From the NCBI GenBank assembly GCA_963756335.1, contig CAVWOB010000017.1, positions 205,536-245,535 on the forward strand: a DNA stretch of 40,000 bases. The letters are read 5' to 3'. Positions within the stretch are counted from its first letter, which is position 1, and every line of letters starts with the position of its first letter. Position numbers and translations under genes: made by a program. The notes beneath the pieces are model-generated. The model did not search any database. It saw only the letters and a list, made by a program, of their open reading frames with translations, and was not told the DNA's origin. This DNA is from an uncultured Alphaproteobacteria bacterium (GTDB lineage: Bacteria > Pseudomonadota > Alphaproteobacteria > Rhizobiales > Rhodomicrobiaceae). Positions 35,713-40,000 of the stretch are shown one piece after another.

Positions 35713-36440
35713 CGCGAACATCCGGGCCGGCGAGCGGAGCTTCGGACCGCGCCGCCTGACGAAAAGGAACGAGACGGTTCCGCCGAACAGTCCCGCCGCG
35801 ATCAGATCGAAGCTCGGCGCGATTTGCATGAAGACCGGCGCGGCGCAAAGCCCGAGCAGGATCGGCGCGTAATCGGCGCGCCGCCGGGCATTGCCGAGAA
35901 GGCCGAGCAGAAAATAGATGGGCGTGAGAAATATCAGCGAGGCCGCCACCGTCCGCGGCAGCCGGTCCGCAATCAGATAGCCCGCCACGGCGCCGATGAG
36001 GCTCACGCCCACAAGGATGAGGGCGAGCCCCAAATAATAGGACATCCGCATGCGGCGCGGCGCGAACGGGATGCGCTGCATGCTTACGATCCACATGGTG
36101 ACAGCGATGAAATGCGAGGCGAAATAGTCGATGAACTTCGGCCGCCGGCCCCGCGCAGATGCGGCATCAGCGCGACCGTCATGGGCAGGAGGCGGACGCC
36201 TGTGAAGCCCACGGCGAGAACCGCAGTCCAGAGCGGCGCTCCCCGCGCGATCTGATCGACGAGAATAACCTGGGCCGGCAGCGCGAAGATGAAGACCGTC
36301 GTGTAGATCGCCGCCGCAATGCCGATATGGGCGCCGTGGCAGAGGACGCCGAAGCCGGCGAAGGATGCGAAAAGAACGAGCGCGGGCGCGAACGGCGGAT
36401 CGCGAAACGCCTTGAGGAAGCCGGCCCTTGCCCCCGTCAT
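35713..36440 (-). pseudogene. azlC: AzlC-family branched-chain amino acid permease, interrupted by an apparent 1-nt frameshift near 36,135-36,150
   Basis: The N-terminal part is in ORF 36084-36440 (..FAGFGVLCHGAHIG..ALPAQVILVD..LLPMTVALMPHLRG). The continuation PKFIDYFASHFIAVTMWIVSMQ... is in the frame of ORF 35377-36096. The junction lies in the cgcggggccggcggcc run. Confidence 0.6.
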
Positions 36441-36475
36441 GCCGCCTTCGATGAATGCAAGGGGTCGCCTCTCAT

Positions 36476-36502
36476 GAAAATGGCCGGGACAGGCCCGGCC
36501 AT
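36476..36502 (-). terminator. Probable rho-independent terminator of clpA
   Basis: On the minus strand, a 9-bp stem ATGGCCGGG/CCCGGCCAT with a 5-nt loop is followed by TTTTC, about 20 nt downstream of the clpA stop. Confidence 0.5.
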
Positions 36503-36522
36503 GAAGCTTGCCCCAGAAAGCG

Positions 36523-38912
<2,390 letters not shown>

Positions 38913-38934
<22 letters not shown>

Positions 38935-39242
38935 TGCAAGGGATGCTGATGCTGGCGTGAGAAGTTCATCACCTGCGTGACTTTCGTCTCGGCAACCTCA
39001 TAGGTGTAGACGCCGCAGATGCCGACGCCCTTTTGGTGAACATGAAGCATGATGCGGGTCGCCTCTTCGCGAGGCTTGTTGAAGAACCGCTCAAGCACAT
39101 AAACGACGAACTCCATGGGAGTATAATCGTCGTTCAAAAGGAGAACTTTGTACAGGCTCGGACGCTTCGTCTTCGGACGCGTTTTTGTGACCACGCCGGT
39201 CTTCAGATCGTTGTCGCCTTTGAAGCCTTTATTGCCTGCCAT
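38913..39242 (-). CDS. clpS: ATP-dependent Clp protease adaptor ClpS
   Basis: [61 protein letters not shown] is the canonical ClpS core. The start at 39242 gives a typical ~109 aa; the ORF extends to 39335. Confidence 0.9.
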
Positions 39243-39664
39243 CGACCAACCATCGAAAACCAAGTTGAAGCCTGAACCTTTCTGGCGCTTGCCGCAGCGG
39301 GCAGCCCCAGCTGTGTCGGGAGCCATGGCGACCATCCCTCGTATTCTCCCGTTTGTCGCTTTATTCTGTCAAGGCCCGCAAGTGTAATGCTTGGCCGAAT
39401 ATATGGTTCGTTTCAGGCCTTGAAAGGGCCTCGCGGCGCCATCGCGCCGTCGCCCTGAAGAAACACCCGAAAAAATAGCTCACGGTTCATTCTCCGCCAA
39501 CGGTCCGAACGTTAAGATAGGTAACAATCCGTTAATGCTCGCATAGGTATAAATTCCATAAGCAGACAACCTTACGTAGAGGCATCGCAACGTCCTGTGG
39601 CGGACTTGCCATTTTCAAGACAAAGTTTACGTGTTTCCAGCGGAAAAGCGATCCGGAAAAATCG

Positions 39665-40000
39665 ATGGCTTTCGTGATGGAGGAGAGAAGACAGGGCGGA
39701 GCCTCCAAGCGCAAGGGGGTGGCGCTTCTGCTATGCGCCTTCATCGCGCTGATCCCGCCGATAAATGCGGAAGCCCGCCGCCGCCACTACCGGGAGGCCT
39801 ATTCGCCGCCCTCCTCCGCCATGGTTATCGACGTCCACACCGGCCGCATCCTCTATTCCAAGAACCCGAACGAGCCGCGCTATCCGGCGTCGATCACGAA
39901 GGTGATGACGCTGTACCTCCTGTTCGACGCGCTGCGGGACGGCAAGCTCACGATGCAATCGGAGCTGCGCGTCTCCGAGCACGCGGCCGATCAGTCGCCG
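39665..40000 (+). CDS. D-alanyl-D-alanine carboxypeptidase (S11 penicillin-binding protein), 3'-truncated by the window edge
   Basis: My own translation from the ATG at 39665: MAFVMEERRQGG...LLLCAFIALIPP...SAMVIDVHTGRILYSKNPNEPRYPASITKVMTLYLLFDALRDGKL. It contains the SxxK active-site motif (SITK). The ORF is open to the end of the window. Confidence 0.75.
   Translation, partial: MAFVMEERRQGGASKRKGVALLLCAFIALIPPINAEARRRHYREAYSPPSSAMVIDVHTGRILYSKNPNEPRYPASITKVMTLYLLFDALRDGKLTMQSELRVSEHAADQSP

Noticed and set aside
39336-39664. A possible small RNA or tRNA in the clpS-dac intergenic region, and the ORF 39532-39744 on the minus strand.
   Set aside because: I could not find a cloverleaf-compatible structure or conserved boxes. 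The ORF overlaps the start of the carboxypeptidase gene and has no supporting features.

Overview
This is high-GC chromosomal DNA. Gene content, HWE-type kinases and hairpin REP repeats suggest an alphaproteobacterium (Rhizobiales-like); that assignment is inference. Housekeeping genes sit on both flanks. On the left are a leucine-catabolism pair (acyl-CoA carboxylase alpha and HMG-CoA lyase), an IS5/IS1182-like insertion, a 2091-aa multi-PAS hybrid histidine kinase, ilvE and ompR/envZ. On the right are a frameshifted secreted-protein gene, a TPR protein, two secreted repeat proteins, folB, azlCD, clpA, clpS and the start of a D-Ala-D-Ala carboxypeptidase. The main finding is a ~15.1-kb insertion at about 13,844-28,925. 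It is bounded by a perfect 15-19 bp direct repeat (CCCCGATAAGCCGCGCGAG) and by terminal inverted repeats of about 2 kb. Its core is visibly AT-richer than the flanks. The core encodes a stand-alone Cas1 homologue with no CRISPR array and no other cas genes. It also encodes a family-B DNA polymerase, two small RHH-like regulators, several unknown proteins and a CheB-CheR-PAS-HWE kinase cargo gene. This is the architecture of a casposon, a Cas1-dependent self-synthesizing transposon. The TIRs are unusual. Each has a ~750-bp unique subterminal part with short repeated motifs, then 16 (left) or 18 (right) tandem GC-rich modules of 54/60/78 bp. All family assignments come from reading motifs by eye; no database search was run.
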